Assembly: GCF_009914755.1 (NCBI RefSeq)
Contig: NC_060926.1
Direction: 5' to 3' (one strand)
DNA: 64,000 bases
From: the human T2T-CHM13v2.0 reference genome, Homo sapiens
Shown here: positions 25,391 to 39,686 of the stretch, in pieces
How the letters are laid out: the number at the start of each line of letters is the position of its first letter
Numbering within the stretch: the stretch's first letter is position 1
The notes under the pieces: generated by a model
What the model was told of the DNA's origin: nothing
The model's database searches: none
Seen by the model: only the letters and a program-made list of their open reading frames with translations
Position numbers and translations under genes: made by a program

Positions 25391-28300
25391 AGATTTGCCT
25401 TAGGGGACAACATAATATTTGCCCATATATAACTCCCTACCACCCTCTAAATTCTATAACCCACCATTATCTGGCTTCTGGTACTTAATCAACTTTCTGT
25501 TTTCTGGGTTTTTTTTATTGCACTTTTTATTTAGAGATAATTGCTGATTCACATGTGGTTGTATGAAATAATACAAAGAGATCCCATGTGTAATTTATCA
25601 AGTTTTCCTTAATGGCAAACTCTTACAAACTATATCACAACCAGGATATTAGCCTTGATATAGTCAAGATACAGAAAATTTCCTTTACTACAGAGCTTTC
25701 TCATGTTGTTTTCTTGTTTTTAGCCAAACCTGTTTCCCGTTCACTCTCAACTCCTCTAACCCCAAGCAAGCACTGATACATTCTCCATTGCTCTAATTTT
25801 GTCATTTCATGCATGTTAAATATAAATGGAATCATATCATATGTAACCTTTTGGGATTGGGTACACAACATAATCTCTAGAGAGCCAGGTTGTTGGAGGT
25901 ATCAAAAGTTTGTTCCTTTGTATTGTTTGAACAGTATTCCATGGTATGAATATTACAGTTCGTTTTACCTTTCAACTGTGAGAGATTTATTTCCATGGGT
26001 TTTTCCACTATTAGGAATAAAGCTCATATAAATATTGTGTACTGCTTTTTGTGTGAACATAGGTTTTAATTTCTCTGGGATAAATGATTAGGACACAGTT
26101 TCTGGGTTCTATAATAGTTACATACTTTTTTTTTAAGAGACTGCCAAAGTTTGTTTTTGAGAGCTACTCAAAAGCTACATTTTCCTCAGCAATGTGTGAT
26201 CCAGTTTCTGTGAATCCTTGCTAGAATTTTATGTTGTCACTATTTTTTGTTTTAGCCATTCTGATTGATGTGTAGTGACATCTCATTGTGATTTTAACTC
26301 ACATTTCCCTAGTGGTTAATGATGATGAACATATTTTCACGTACTTATTCACCATCTGTAAATCCTGTTGGGTGGAATGTATCTTCACGTCTTCTGCTCA
26401 ATTGTGTAATCAGATTGTTTGCTTTTTTACTGTTGTGATTTGAGTTATATATTCTTGCTATTCTTCCTTTGGTGGCTAGGTGGTTTGTAAATAGTTTCTC
26501 TCACTCATTAGCTTGTCTTTTTCAGCTTAACAGGATCTTTTCCTCACCACAAAAGTAATGAAGGAAATGAGCTAATGAAGATCATTTGATTAACTTTTCT
26601 TTTTATGGATCATGCTTTTGTGCTAAGTATGTAAATTCTTTAACCATGTATCTTGAAGATTTCCTGGTTTCTTTTCCTAAAAGTTACATGGCTTTGACTT
26701 TTATATTTAAGTCCATGATTCATTTTGTTAATTTTTATGAATTTAGGTCAAATTACATATTTTTTGAGGGGAGGCCATGGATGTCCAGTTGCTTCAGCAC
26801 CATTTGTTAGAAAGGCTATCTTTCCTCCATTGATTTGCTTTTGCACCTTTGTGATGTGAACATCAGTTGAACAATCTGGTATGAGTCTATTTATGAGATC
26901 TCTACTTGTTCATCAATTTGTGTGTCTGTCTCTCTGACAATACCACATGCTACTGATTATCGTAGTTGTAGAGTAAGTATTAAATTAAATAGCCTGATTT
27001 TTCTTTTTTATACTTTTTAAATATAAAATTGTTTAATCTACTTTAGTTCTACGGTCTTTCTGTATACATTTCAGGATAACCTGATTTATGTCTAAAATAA
27101 TCTTGCTAGTATTTTGATAATAATTGTGTCAGTCTTGACAGTATATCTTTTGGGGGGAATATATTTACTGGCTTGATTTTTTTTCAATCCGTTAACATAG
27201 TATCTCTTTTCATTTATTTATATCTTATTTGATTTTTTCATCAATGTATAGTTTTCAGAATACAAGTCCTATACAGGTTTTATTACATTTACACCAAAGA
27301 ATTATTTTTGAGCTGTTTATACATGGTATGTTTTGAATTTCAGTGCCCATGTATTTCTTGCTAGCATGCAGAAATAAAATAGATTTTTTAATGTTTATCT
27401 TCTATCCCACAACCTTTAACGCACTTATTAGCTCTAAAAATGTTTTTGTAGATTGCTTGGGATTTTCTCTGTAGACAAGTGTGCTATCTGCAACTTAGAA
27501 AAGTTATGTTTTTTCTGATCTGAATGTCTTTGATTTCCTTTTCTTCTAGTGCTACTAAAAACTCATAGCACTATGTTAAACAAGAGTGGTGAAAAAAGGC
27601 ATCCTTGTCTTATTCACAGTCTTCGGGTAAAGTATTCAGTCTTTCATCATTAAGTATGATGTTACCTGTAGAACTTTTTGAAGTCATTCTTTGTCAAGTT
27701 GAATTAGTCTCTATTTCCAGTTTTCTGATAGTTTTTATTATGCATCAGGGTTGATTATGATTTTTCTGTATCAATTGATATGATTATGTAATCTTTCTTC
27801 TATAGCTTGTTAAGGTGGTGATTTTCATAGATTGATATTTGACTATTTACCTAGCCTTGGACCCTGAAACAGACACCACTTGGTTATGATTATGAATTAT
27901 GTTTATGTATTGCTAAATTCTATTCATCTATGTTTATATGTATTGCTAAATTCTATGTTGTTTCAAATTTTTTATGTTTATATAAAAATATAAATAGGAG
28001 GTTTGTAAATATTTTCTCTCTTTCACAGCCTGTATATTTTTAGGTGACATTGTTCTTTAATCTTTTATTTTGCACTGTCTTTCTATTTTAGTATCAAAGT
28101 TATACTAGATTCATAAGATGAATTGGAAAATATTTTCTCCTCCATTTTTTTCCTGGAAGAAATTGTTTAAAACTAGGGTTAGTAGTTTTTAAAACATTTG
28201 GTACATGTCTCCAGTGATTCCATCTGGGCCTGAAAATTTTGTGGTTGCAGGGAGAATCTTTAAGTGATTCATTCAAATAGTTATAGGGTTATCCGTATAA

Positions 28301-29709
28301 ATTATTTACTTCATTCTGAGCAAATGTGGTAGTTTGTTTTTCCGGGAAGTAGTTCATTTCATCTAAGTTGTCGGAGATAGCTGTGAAAAACTTCCCATGG
28401 TAATCCCTTTTTACCCATTTTTTGTCTGCAGGGTCTATAGTTATAGCCTATTTCATTGCTGATATTGGGAGTTTTTAATCTTCTTTTAATTTGCCAGTCT
28501 TTCTAGATAATTTTGAAATTATTAATCCAAAGAACCAGCTCTGTTTCATTGATATTTTTCTATTTTCTGTTTTCAATTTTATTGATTTCTGCTCTTATCT
28601 TTATTATTTCCTCCTGCATATCTTGGGTTGATTTTGCTTTTCTGTTTTTAGGTCTCTGAGGTGGAATCCTAGATTACTGATTTGTGACTTTTCCTCTTTT
28701 TCTAACATACAAAGTTAGTGCTCTAAATTTCCCTGTTAGCACAAGCTTTAGTTTTATGACATAAACTTTGTTATCCTGTATTTTCCCTTTTACTTATTTC
28801 AATGTAATTTATTTTTCTTCTTGACCTACGAACTATTTAAAAGTGTGTTATTTTTAAGTATTTGAAAATTTTCCTCTTAGCTTTTTATTATTTATTTCTA
28901 GTTTGTTTTCATCATGATTAGATAACACACTATATGATTTCAACTATTTCATATTTAGGGAAGTTTTTTATAACTTAGGATATGATCTATCTTGGTATAT
29001 GTTCTGTGGTCACTTAAAATTATGTATATTTATTTTTGTTGTTGGTTGGGGGGGTGTAGTATTCTATTAATGTCTGTTAGATCCTATTAGTTGTTGGTAT
29101 TATTGAGTTCTAAATATTTCCTACTTTTCTATCTGGTTGGTCTATCAGTTGTATTAAAGTACTGTTAATATATCCAACCATAATTGTGAATTTGCTTATA
29201 CTGTTTTCAATTCATCTGGTTTCTGCTTCACTCATTTTACAGCTCTTATTTGGTGCATACTCATTTAAGATTACCTTCTTGGGGGATAGACTTTACCTCT
29301 TTGTATAATTTCTCTCTCTGTCTATGGTAATGTTCTTTGTTTTGATGTCTACGTTTTTTATATTATGTAGATATTCATGCTTTCTTTTTATTAATATTTG
29401 CATGATACATTTTCCAAACTTTACCTTCCAATCTGTCTGTATCATATTTATAATAAATTCTTATATACAAGCATATAGTTGGCTTATGTTTTGTAATCCC
29501 CTTTATGATTTTCATATTTTTAATTGATATATTTAAACCATCCATATTTAATTTAATTCTTGTTATGTTAAGGTAGAAGCTTGCCCATTTATTGATTGAC
29601 TGTTTTCTTGTTACATTTGTTTTGTTTTTTCTTTCTTTCTCTGGGATGCTTGAACATTTTCTACAATTACATTTTTATTTGCCTCTAGCGGTTTCTTTTC
29701 TTCAAAAAT

Positions 29710-31308
<1,599 letters not shown>

Positions 31309-32028
31309 TGATAATGTTTGTGAATCTCTCTTTGTATGTTAATGGTTGGCACTGTATTACACTTTATATGCAAAATTTTTCAGACCAACAGTGTTATCCT
31401 TTACCAGTTGAGAAACATTCCCTGACTTTATGACCCTTTACCTTCTCACATTTCTAATGTAATTACCTTAAGTATTTCTCCTATATAACATTGAAAATCA
31501 CATCATTCTAATAATGTTCTGTCAGCAAACATAATTTAGAAAACTCACAGAAAAATCGTTTCTGTGTTCTTTATTTCCCCCTGATATTTCTATGTTTATT
31601 CTTTTGTTTTCCTTCTATCTTGAGAACTTCATTTAGCCAATTTTTTTAGAGTAGGTATGCTAGTGAGAAATTATCTTCCTTTTCTTCATCTGGGAGTGTA
31701 TTGTTTTTTCCTCCATTCTTTAGGGATATTTTGGCTAAAGGATCTGCACTGACAGTTCTTTTCAACCCTTGAAAATCATTTTGCTTCCTTCTAGATCCCA
31801 AGGTTTCTGACCCACTGTCATATAAATCATTTTTCCCCAAAGGTAAAGTGTCATTTTTCTCTGGTTTCTTTCAAGATGTATACTATGTTGTAGTTTTTAG
31901 AACTTTGATTATGATGTGTTTAGACATTGATTTATTAGGTTTTAGTCTATTTGAAATTTGTTCAGCTCCTTGAATCTGTAGGTTTACATCTTCTGACACA
32001 TTTAGAAAATTTTCAGCCATTACCTCTG

Positions 32029-34446
32029 TTTTTGGCATTTAAAATTTTATAGCTGTTTATTTCTTTTCAACTTTTATTTTAGATTTGATGAGTACATGTA
32101 CAGGTTTACATGGGTAAGTTATATATCACTGGGGTTTGGTTTACAGATTATTTTATCATCCAGGTGATAAGCCTAGTATCTGAAAAGTTAGTTTGTTAAT
32201 CCTCCCCCTCCTCCCTCACTCCACCCTTAAGTAGGCCATGTTGTCTATTGTTCCCTTCTTTCTGTTTATGTGTTCTCAATGTCTAGCTCCCATTTATAAA
32301 TAAGAGCATATGGTATTTGGTTTTCTGTTCCTACCTACATTAATTTTCTTAGGACTAATGACTTCCAGCTGCATCCATGTTGCAGCAAATGATATGACTT
32401 CATTCTTTCTAGTGGCTGTGTGGTATTTTATGGTGTATATGTACCATATTTTCTTTATTCAGTCCACTATTGATGAGCACCTAGGTCGAGTCCATCTCTT
32501 TGCTTTTGCAAATAATGCTGCAATGTACATACACATACATATATTTCTATGGTGGAATGATTGATGTTCCTTTGAGTATATACCCAGTAATGGAATTGCT
32601 GGGTCACATGGTAGTTCTGTTTTGTTTGAGAAATCTCTAAACTGCTTTCCTCAGAGGCTGAAATAATTTATATTCCCACCAACAGTGTATAAGCATTCCC
32701 TTTCTCCACAACCTCACCAACACCTGTTATTTTTTGGCTTTTTAGTAATAGCCATTTTGACCAATGTGAGATGGTATCTCCTTGTGGTTTTGACTTGTAT
32801 TTCTCTAACGATTAGTGTTAAGCCTTTTTTTCATATGCTTGTTGGCCATGTGTATGTGTTCTTTTGAGAAGTGTCTGTTCATATTCCTCATCAATTTTTT
32901 AATGGGGTTGCCTTTGCTTGTTAAGTTACTTACAGATTATGGGTATTAGACCTGTGTCAGTTGCATAGTTTACAAATATCTTATCCCTCACTCTGTAGTT
33001 GTTTTTTTATTCTGTTAATAGCTTCTTTCACTCTACAGAAGCTCTTTAGTTTAATTAGGTTCCACTTGTCAATTTTTGTTTTGTTGCAATAGCTTTTGGA
33101 GTTATCATCATGAAATCTTATCTAGAGCCTGTGTCCAGAATGGTATTTCCTAGGTATTCTTCTAGGATTTTTAGTTTTAACACTTAAGTCTTTAATCCAG
33201 AAGATAAGATGATTATAGGTGTGCAGCTTTATTTCTGTGGTCTATGTTCTGTTCCATTGGTCAAAGTGTCTGTTTCTGTAGTAGTACCACATTTAGGTTA
33301 CTGCAGTTTTGTGGTATAGTTTTAAGTCAGGTAGTATAATGCCCCCCACTTTGTTCTTTTTGCTTAGGATTGCTTTTGCTATACTGGCTATTTTTTGGTT
33401 CCGTATGAATTTTAGAAGTTTTTTTCTAATTCTGTGAAAAAAAAAGTTGGTAGTTTAATAGAAATGGCTTTGAATCTATAAATTGCAATGGGCACTATGG
33501 CCATTTTAACAATATGATTCTTCCTACCCATGAGCAGTGAGTGTTTTTCCCTATCTCCAATTTCTTTCAGCAGTGTTTGATAATTCTTATTTAGAGATCT
33601 TTGACATCCCTGGCTAGCTGTATTCCTAGGTATTTTATTCTTTTTGTGGCTACTGTAAATGAGATTGTGGGGGTGGCTGCAGGTGAACACATGCAATGCG
33701 GTGGCAGGAGGATATGGGGAGGGCATGCACCGGCAGGGTCCCATCTACAGCTAGGCAGGGTCTGCCTGCAAGGGGCTTATGGTAGCAGGTGCCAGAAAGT
33801 ACCCTGGTTTGGCATCCGAGGCTGAGCAGGCACAGCCAGGAAGGAACCCTGGGAGAGGCTGGCAGGCAATGAGGCATTAAGATCAGACTGGCCACATTTC
33901 ACAGGCAAGACTGCCCTGCTCTGTCCAGGTCAAACAGTCAACAAAGGCCAATGCCGTCTTGAAGAATGTGGCAAGCCTTAGGTTTGGGTAACACTGGCTG
34001 TGCTCCACTGCAACCATTCTGGCATCAAACACTCTGGGCTCTGCACAGGCTGGAGTCCTGTTTCTGTCAACTCCCTGAGCAGCTCCCTCTGTCAACTAAA
34101 ATGTCCATGAGGGTTGTGGGGTCTTCTGCAGCTAGGATTCTGGAGGTCTGTGGTGACAGTGAGCCACTCCATGCCTATTTAATTCACCCCTTCCCCAGAA
34201 GCTGCTCAGGACCAGGAAAGAGTCCTGGTGCTCAGCAACACTGTGCAGAGTTCCTAGCTTCCTCTCCCTTCAGCCCAAGGTCTGCACCCTCCCTCCATCT
34301 ACTCTCAATGCCCTTCTTCTGAAGATCTGCTCAGAGTGGGCTAGTCTTCTCGAGGGTCTGGTCTCTCAGTGGAGGAAGCTCTTCTTGGCTGCATCAAGTC
34401 AGCCATCTTGGCTCAGCCGCAGGATGCTCTTGGTGGACCTTTACTC
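32029..34446 (-). mobile_element. L1PA15/16-like element with both ends and a very large internal deletion
   Basis: 3'UTR and ORF2 end 32050-33668 joined directly to the GC-rich 5'UTR 33669-34418 ('gtcagccatcttggc'); TSD tcagccatta(c/t)ctctg at 32013-32028 and 34447-34462. Confidence 0.85.
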
Positions 34447-34552
34447 TCAGCCATTATCTCTGCATATTTTCTAGGCCCATCCTTTCCTACTTTCCGAGTA
34501 CTCTAGTGACATGAATGTCATTTTGTTATAGTCCCACAGATCCCTGATACTG

Positions 34553-34722
34553 TTTTTAACAATTATAATTGTAGGTATTTATGGGGTACACAGTGATGCT
34601 TTGATACATACAATGTATGTATCCGATCAGGGTAATTAGCATATCCATTATCTCAAACATTTATCATTTCTTTGTATTGGGGGCATTCAATATCCTTCTG
34701 GCTATATGAAACTATACATTGT
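34553..34722 (-). mobile_element. Short 5'-truncated L1MA 3' end
   Basis: 'atttatggggtacacagtgatgctttgatacatac...atcagggtaattagcatatccat'. Confidence 0.75.
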
Positions 34723-36329
34723 CCATTTTTATTCAGCCTATTTTATCTGTTGTTCAGGTCGTATCATTTCTATTCTATTTTACATCTCACTGATCTTTCC
34801 TCTGTCCTCTTTATTCTGATGTTTAGCCCATTTGCTAAACATTTGATTTTGGTTATTATATTTCTTCAGTTATAAAATTTCAATTTAGTCTTTGTATCTC
34901 ATATTTATTTGCTGAGACTTTCCATTTCTTTAGTGAGACTTGGTAATTTTGCATTTTTTAAGCTGGATTGTAATTGCTAGTTGAAGCATTTTTATCATGG
35001 CAACCTTATAATCTTTGTGATATAATTGACATGTCTGCCCTTTCAATGTTGGTATTTATTTCTTGTCTCTTCCTCTCTCCCCCATTCAGTTTGGGATCCT
35101 TCTGGTTCTTCACATGGCAAATGATTTCTTAAAAATTAGACTTTTAAATTATGTTATGTGATACTCTAGATCTTAATTTTTCAGCCAGATTTTCTGACAT
35201 CAGTCTGGCAGAAGAAGGGGGAGCAGATAACTGATTTGTCATTGTCAGACAGGGGTAGAAGTCTAGGTTCCACATTTGGCCATTGCTGATGCATGAAGGA
35301 GGGAGGTCCGCATTACTGCTGAATGGAGATGGGACTTCCAGTTCTTCATATCATCTCTACTGACTCTACAATGGAGTTGACTTCATTACCACCTGGTAAT
35401 GGTGAAAATCCCAGCTCTCCACTAGACTCCCTCTTATTCTACCCAAGCAGTGAGAGAGGGGGCACTTCTCTACTGCTGAATATGAATGGAAGTTCAGAAT
35501 TTCCACATTGTCTCCACTGACATTGTTGGAGATAGGAATGTGCTTGTGATTTGACATGGAGGATGAATGTTTTGGGTGCCCACATAGCCTTTTTTGATAC
35601 TACCACAGTAGGAGTGTTGGTGTACTTTGTTATAGCCTCATGAGAGTGGAAATCTAGGCTCCCCAACCAACCTTTATGGCATGGATGGGCACCAAAGTAT
35701 TTTCTGTGCTGTTTGAATGAACACTGAGTGGTTATTTTCTACTAATGTTTTGTCTTGTGAAGCTATCCTTTCCTAGCCCTCTGGTTAGAGACAGCAGATT
35801 TGTGTTGGGGCATTTTAATTGTATTTTTCCTGTATCTATACTTCTTGGCATTTCCAGATGTCAGCTTCTCCAGTTCCAAGCACATGTAGGATATATAAGG
35901 CAAAAAGACAACCCAGGGAATTCATCACTTCATTGCTCTAGTCCCAAATTCTTTAGACAATATGCCTTCTTTCCATTAATTGTGTCTTACATTGGTTTTA
36001 TATATCATGACCACAGTTTTAAGTTGTAATTGAGAGAAGAACAGGGAGAAGTATATTTACTCCAGCTTCCTAGAAGTAGCAATATCTTTTTGATTAACAA
36101 CTTTCAATATACTGTCAATGGTTCCCAAATTTCCAAAGCTAATGGATTCCTTTCCATTTTTAGAATAAAAATATTCTTTAGAGCTTAAGAACATGGTAAA
36201 TACATGATTATTAATTATATTCTAGTTTTCTAATTTAGCAAACACTTCAGAAATTGTACCATCTTGAAACTGTCTTCTGCATAGTTCTTTGACCTCTACT
36301 CTTCTCATTATACTAGCTGACCCAAGTAT

Positions 36330-37230
36330 CTAGTAACTAGAGTAATAAGAATGAAAGCCAGATAACCAGGAGTTGAAGCATGAATATGAGGTAATTCAAT
36401 GGGAAAAGCAAGGATGGACAACTTTTCTGAGACATTTGAATGAGAAAGGAATAAGAGTACAAGATTGATCAATAAAATAAAGATTTTTAAGAAGAAAAAA
36501 CTTGAGCATAGTTTATAGTTAATGGACAAGAAAACTGAGAATTAAAACTGGAGAGACTAAAAGGTAAGGAGATGAAATAATCCTGAAAGAAATATAAGGT
36601 TTGGGGTTTATATGCAGGAATAGGCATTAACTTTGAACAGACAAACTCAACTCAATCTCTGACTAAATGTGTATGAAAATTAGTAAGTGGAGAGACTGAG
36701 GCTTGAAGAAGATCATCACAGGTAGTCACAACTGTTTGAGGGAAATTTCAGGTACCATATTTTCATAAGATGAAGAAAAGATGGGTATATTGAATGTTAA
36801 AGTCAGTAGTGAAGTTTTAGGAAAGTTGGCAATGGAACAGGACATGAAGTTTATCTCCATCACGTGTAGTGATTGGCATAATGGAGACCAGACATTATTT
36901 ATGATATTATTTATTATTTTGTGTATGTCTCATGATACTTAAGTTATGCAGGTTTAGGGTTATTGAAGACAGTCCTTATTTGTAATCCAAAATTAAGATA
37001 CATAGCTTACTGAGGAATGAATATAGGCCCACAAGGATAGTTGTGCTAATCAGAGATGCTCGGAAGATAAACATACCCAGGCTAGGAAGGAAGAGCCCTC
37101 AAAAGTCCAGATTGATTATAAGAACAAAAAAAAATTCAGAAAGCAGAATGGTTTGTGATATTGAAGAATGACTTTAATGAGAGGAAGAAAGCAATAAATG
37201 GAAGGACAAGAAACTGGGCACATAATAGGG
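36330..37230 (-). mobile_element. L2 fragments, highly degraded
   Basis: 'aagccagataaccaggagttgaag...gacaacttttctgagacatttga' antisense L2 motif. Confidence 0.5.
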
Positions 37231-38289
37231 CAGTGGTACAGACATCTACCTGTCCATAGAATGTCCTACCTTCCATTTGCAGTGGAAGCATTAATGCCCA
37301 CATCTCTAACTGAATCTATAGAGCACAGTCATGTTTTCTCTCTTCTACTTAGTCAATCAAAATCACCTATTTTGGATGTTTCATAAATCAACAATTAATT
37401 ATCATGTTAAGAAATTGAGATATACAGTTTACCTGTTACAATAACAAAATATATTGAATAAGATATTGGATATCAAGATTTCTGAGGTATGGCTGATTTG
37501 AATGATGGTTAGTTCCATAGGTTGGGAAGATTTGAAAATATCCCTTACTGTGATTCTCTATAAGTTTAATCTTTACCACTGGGGTTTGGTAGAAAGTCAA
37601 CATCTACCTCTTGAATTTTATATACATTGACCCTAGCTTTAATCTTTAGGGTTAACATGTAAAATTTCTATTTCAGTCTTCCCAGAGCAACTCTTAAATT
37701 CTTTGAAGAAAGTTACAATGTATTTTTATTGAATAAAATAAGTTATTTTAAAACTATAAGATTCTAATTTTTCCAATTATTTTTCATAAATAGTGCTTAA
37801 CTTGGTAAAAGAGTAGCACAAACTCCTGGTCCTTATGGATAAGGGACACTAAGAAGACTGAATATGTAATGAGTAGGGTGACTTTTTCTAGCAGTCTCTG
37901 TCATGGATAGTACAATATGTCTGGTTGGATGGTATGCTGTAAAAAGCTGTTTACAGTGGAGTAGTGACGCAATTGAGATACTCTCCCAAGGGGAAACCTT
38001 GAGCAAAAATAAGTTATTCGTATATGTTTTTCTAAGGGAGTTGAGTCTGGTTATTCATGACCTTTGTTTGGCTGGATGGTATACACAAGTTTGGGGCCAG
38101 TGCATACTTGCTTGGCAAAGTGGAATACCGGTAGAGAGCTGTCACTAGATGGCCTGATTCTTTAATTTTCCTCCCTGTATGCTCAGACTCTGCTCTGAAT
38201 TAAGGTTAAATGAATATTTAATAAAATTTTCTTTAAAACTCTAGAAAATTATTACCTAGTCTAGTAAATCCTCATGACCTAGTCTAGCC

Positions 38290-38620
38290 CAGATCACAGT
38301 ACATGATTTCTAGACTTCTCAATGTCTTAATCTCTTAAACTTTCATTTCAATATGTCCCTATTAAAAAAGAAGACATCAAAAATGAAATATTATTTGGAT
38401 ATGGCCTTGGCAAGCAAAAATAAGACTATCACCTTTCTTACTGTAAATATTTTATTTCAGTGGATTCGATCATAGACTATACTAGCTTTTTTTGCATTTA
38501 ACTCATATTTATTTTGCCATGACATATTTTCTTAAATTACTCTTACCTTTGTCTCTGTATTAAGCTTTATTTTCTCCCAACTTATACCTAGGCAGTCAGT
38601 TTTGAACTTCCAGGATAGGA
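38290..38620. mobile_element. Possible L3/CR1 fragment
   Basis: 'ggatatggccttggcaagcaaaaataagactatcacctttctt' resembles a CR1/L3 motif; very degraded. Confidence 0.35.
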
Positions 38621-39478
38621 TATTTTAAATTAAAATGTAAAATACATAGCTGTTCAAAAATCATACAGAGTTATACTTTATAAAGGAGTATACAACCTCA
38701 GCATGCACTGAAATGACAAACTATAAAATACCAGACACAACAGATTTCTATTTTAGTATGCTTACTTTGTCACAAGCTTTGCATGTGAGGGTCTTTGCAT
38801 ACATAGATGACCTAATGATGTATTGTTTTCTAGCTGTTGTAGTTATGCCCGTTGGGTAAGTACTGGTCAGGCAAATCAATAAGCACAGATTACATTAACT
38901 ACTGTACAAGGAATATGGATCTTGTAACTAGGTGTGCAAATATCACTGAAGCTTCTGACCTTAACTACTCTTTTCTTTCTCACTTAATCACTTAATCCCA
39001 TTATATCCACCCAAGACTGCACAGATGCTTTAACTCAGGAATATATTGGAGGTTAAAAAAAAAAAAATCTTCATCAAATTTTCAGAAATATTTATTCACA
39101 GTGCTGTTCTACAAATAAGATGTAAAAATAGTTTCCACAAATATAACTAAGTATTAGTAACAAAAACTAGAGAAAAGATGGCATTTACAAATAAATTTTG
39201 AAGATAATAAACATATCTACTTCTGGCCATGGTGGAGTATTATAGAACTTGCCCGCCTATTGAAAACAAATAGAAAACTGGTTAAAATAAGTAAAACAAA
39301 TGAAGCAGATGTTGAAGAAGCAGCAGCTCAGGACTATGATCCTTGAGAGAAGGGAAATAGAAAGAGGTAAGCTCTGCCTTTATGTTTGGAGGATATTCCC
39401 GAATTTTGGCCCAGGAAAGGGTAATCTAATAAGAGCACAGTGATTTTGTTGAGCTGAGGAGACAAAGATTCAAGTTTG

Positions 39479-39686
39479 GGCCCCGTTCAGGGGCTCACGC
39501 CTGTAATTCTAGTACTTTGGGAGGCTGAGGCCTGCAGATTGCCTGAGCTCAGGAGTTGGAGACCAGCCTGGGCAACACGGTGAAACCCCATTTATACTAA
39601 AATACAAAAAATTAGCTGGGCGTGGCAGCGTGTGCGTGTAGTCCCAGCTACTCCGGAGACTCCGTCTCTAAAAAAAAAAAAAAAAG
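39479..39686 (+). mobile_element. Alu (AluSz6-like) lacking about 100 bp of the right arm
   Basis: 'cagctactccggag' joins 'actccgtctc' plus A tail; TSD aaag(a/t)ttcaagtttgg. Confidence 0.9.
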
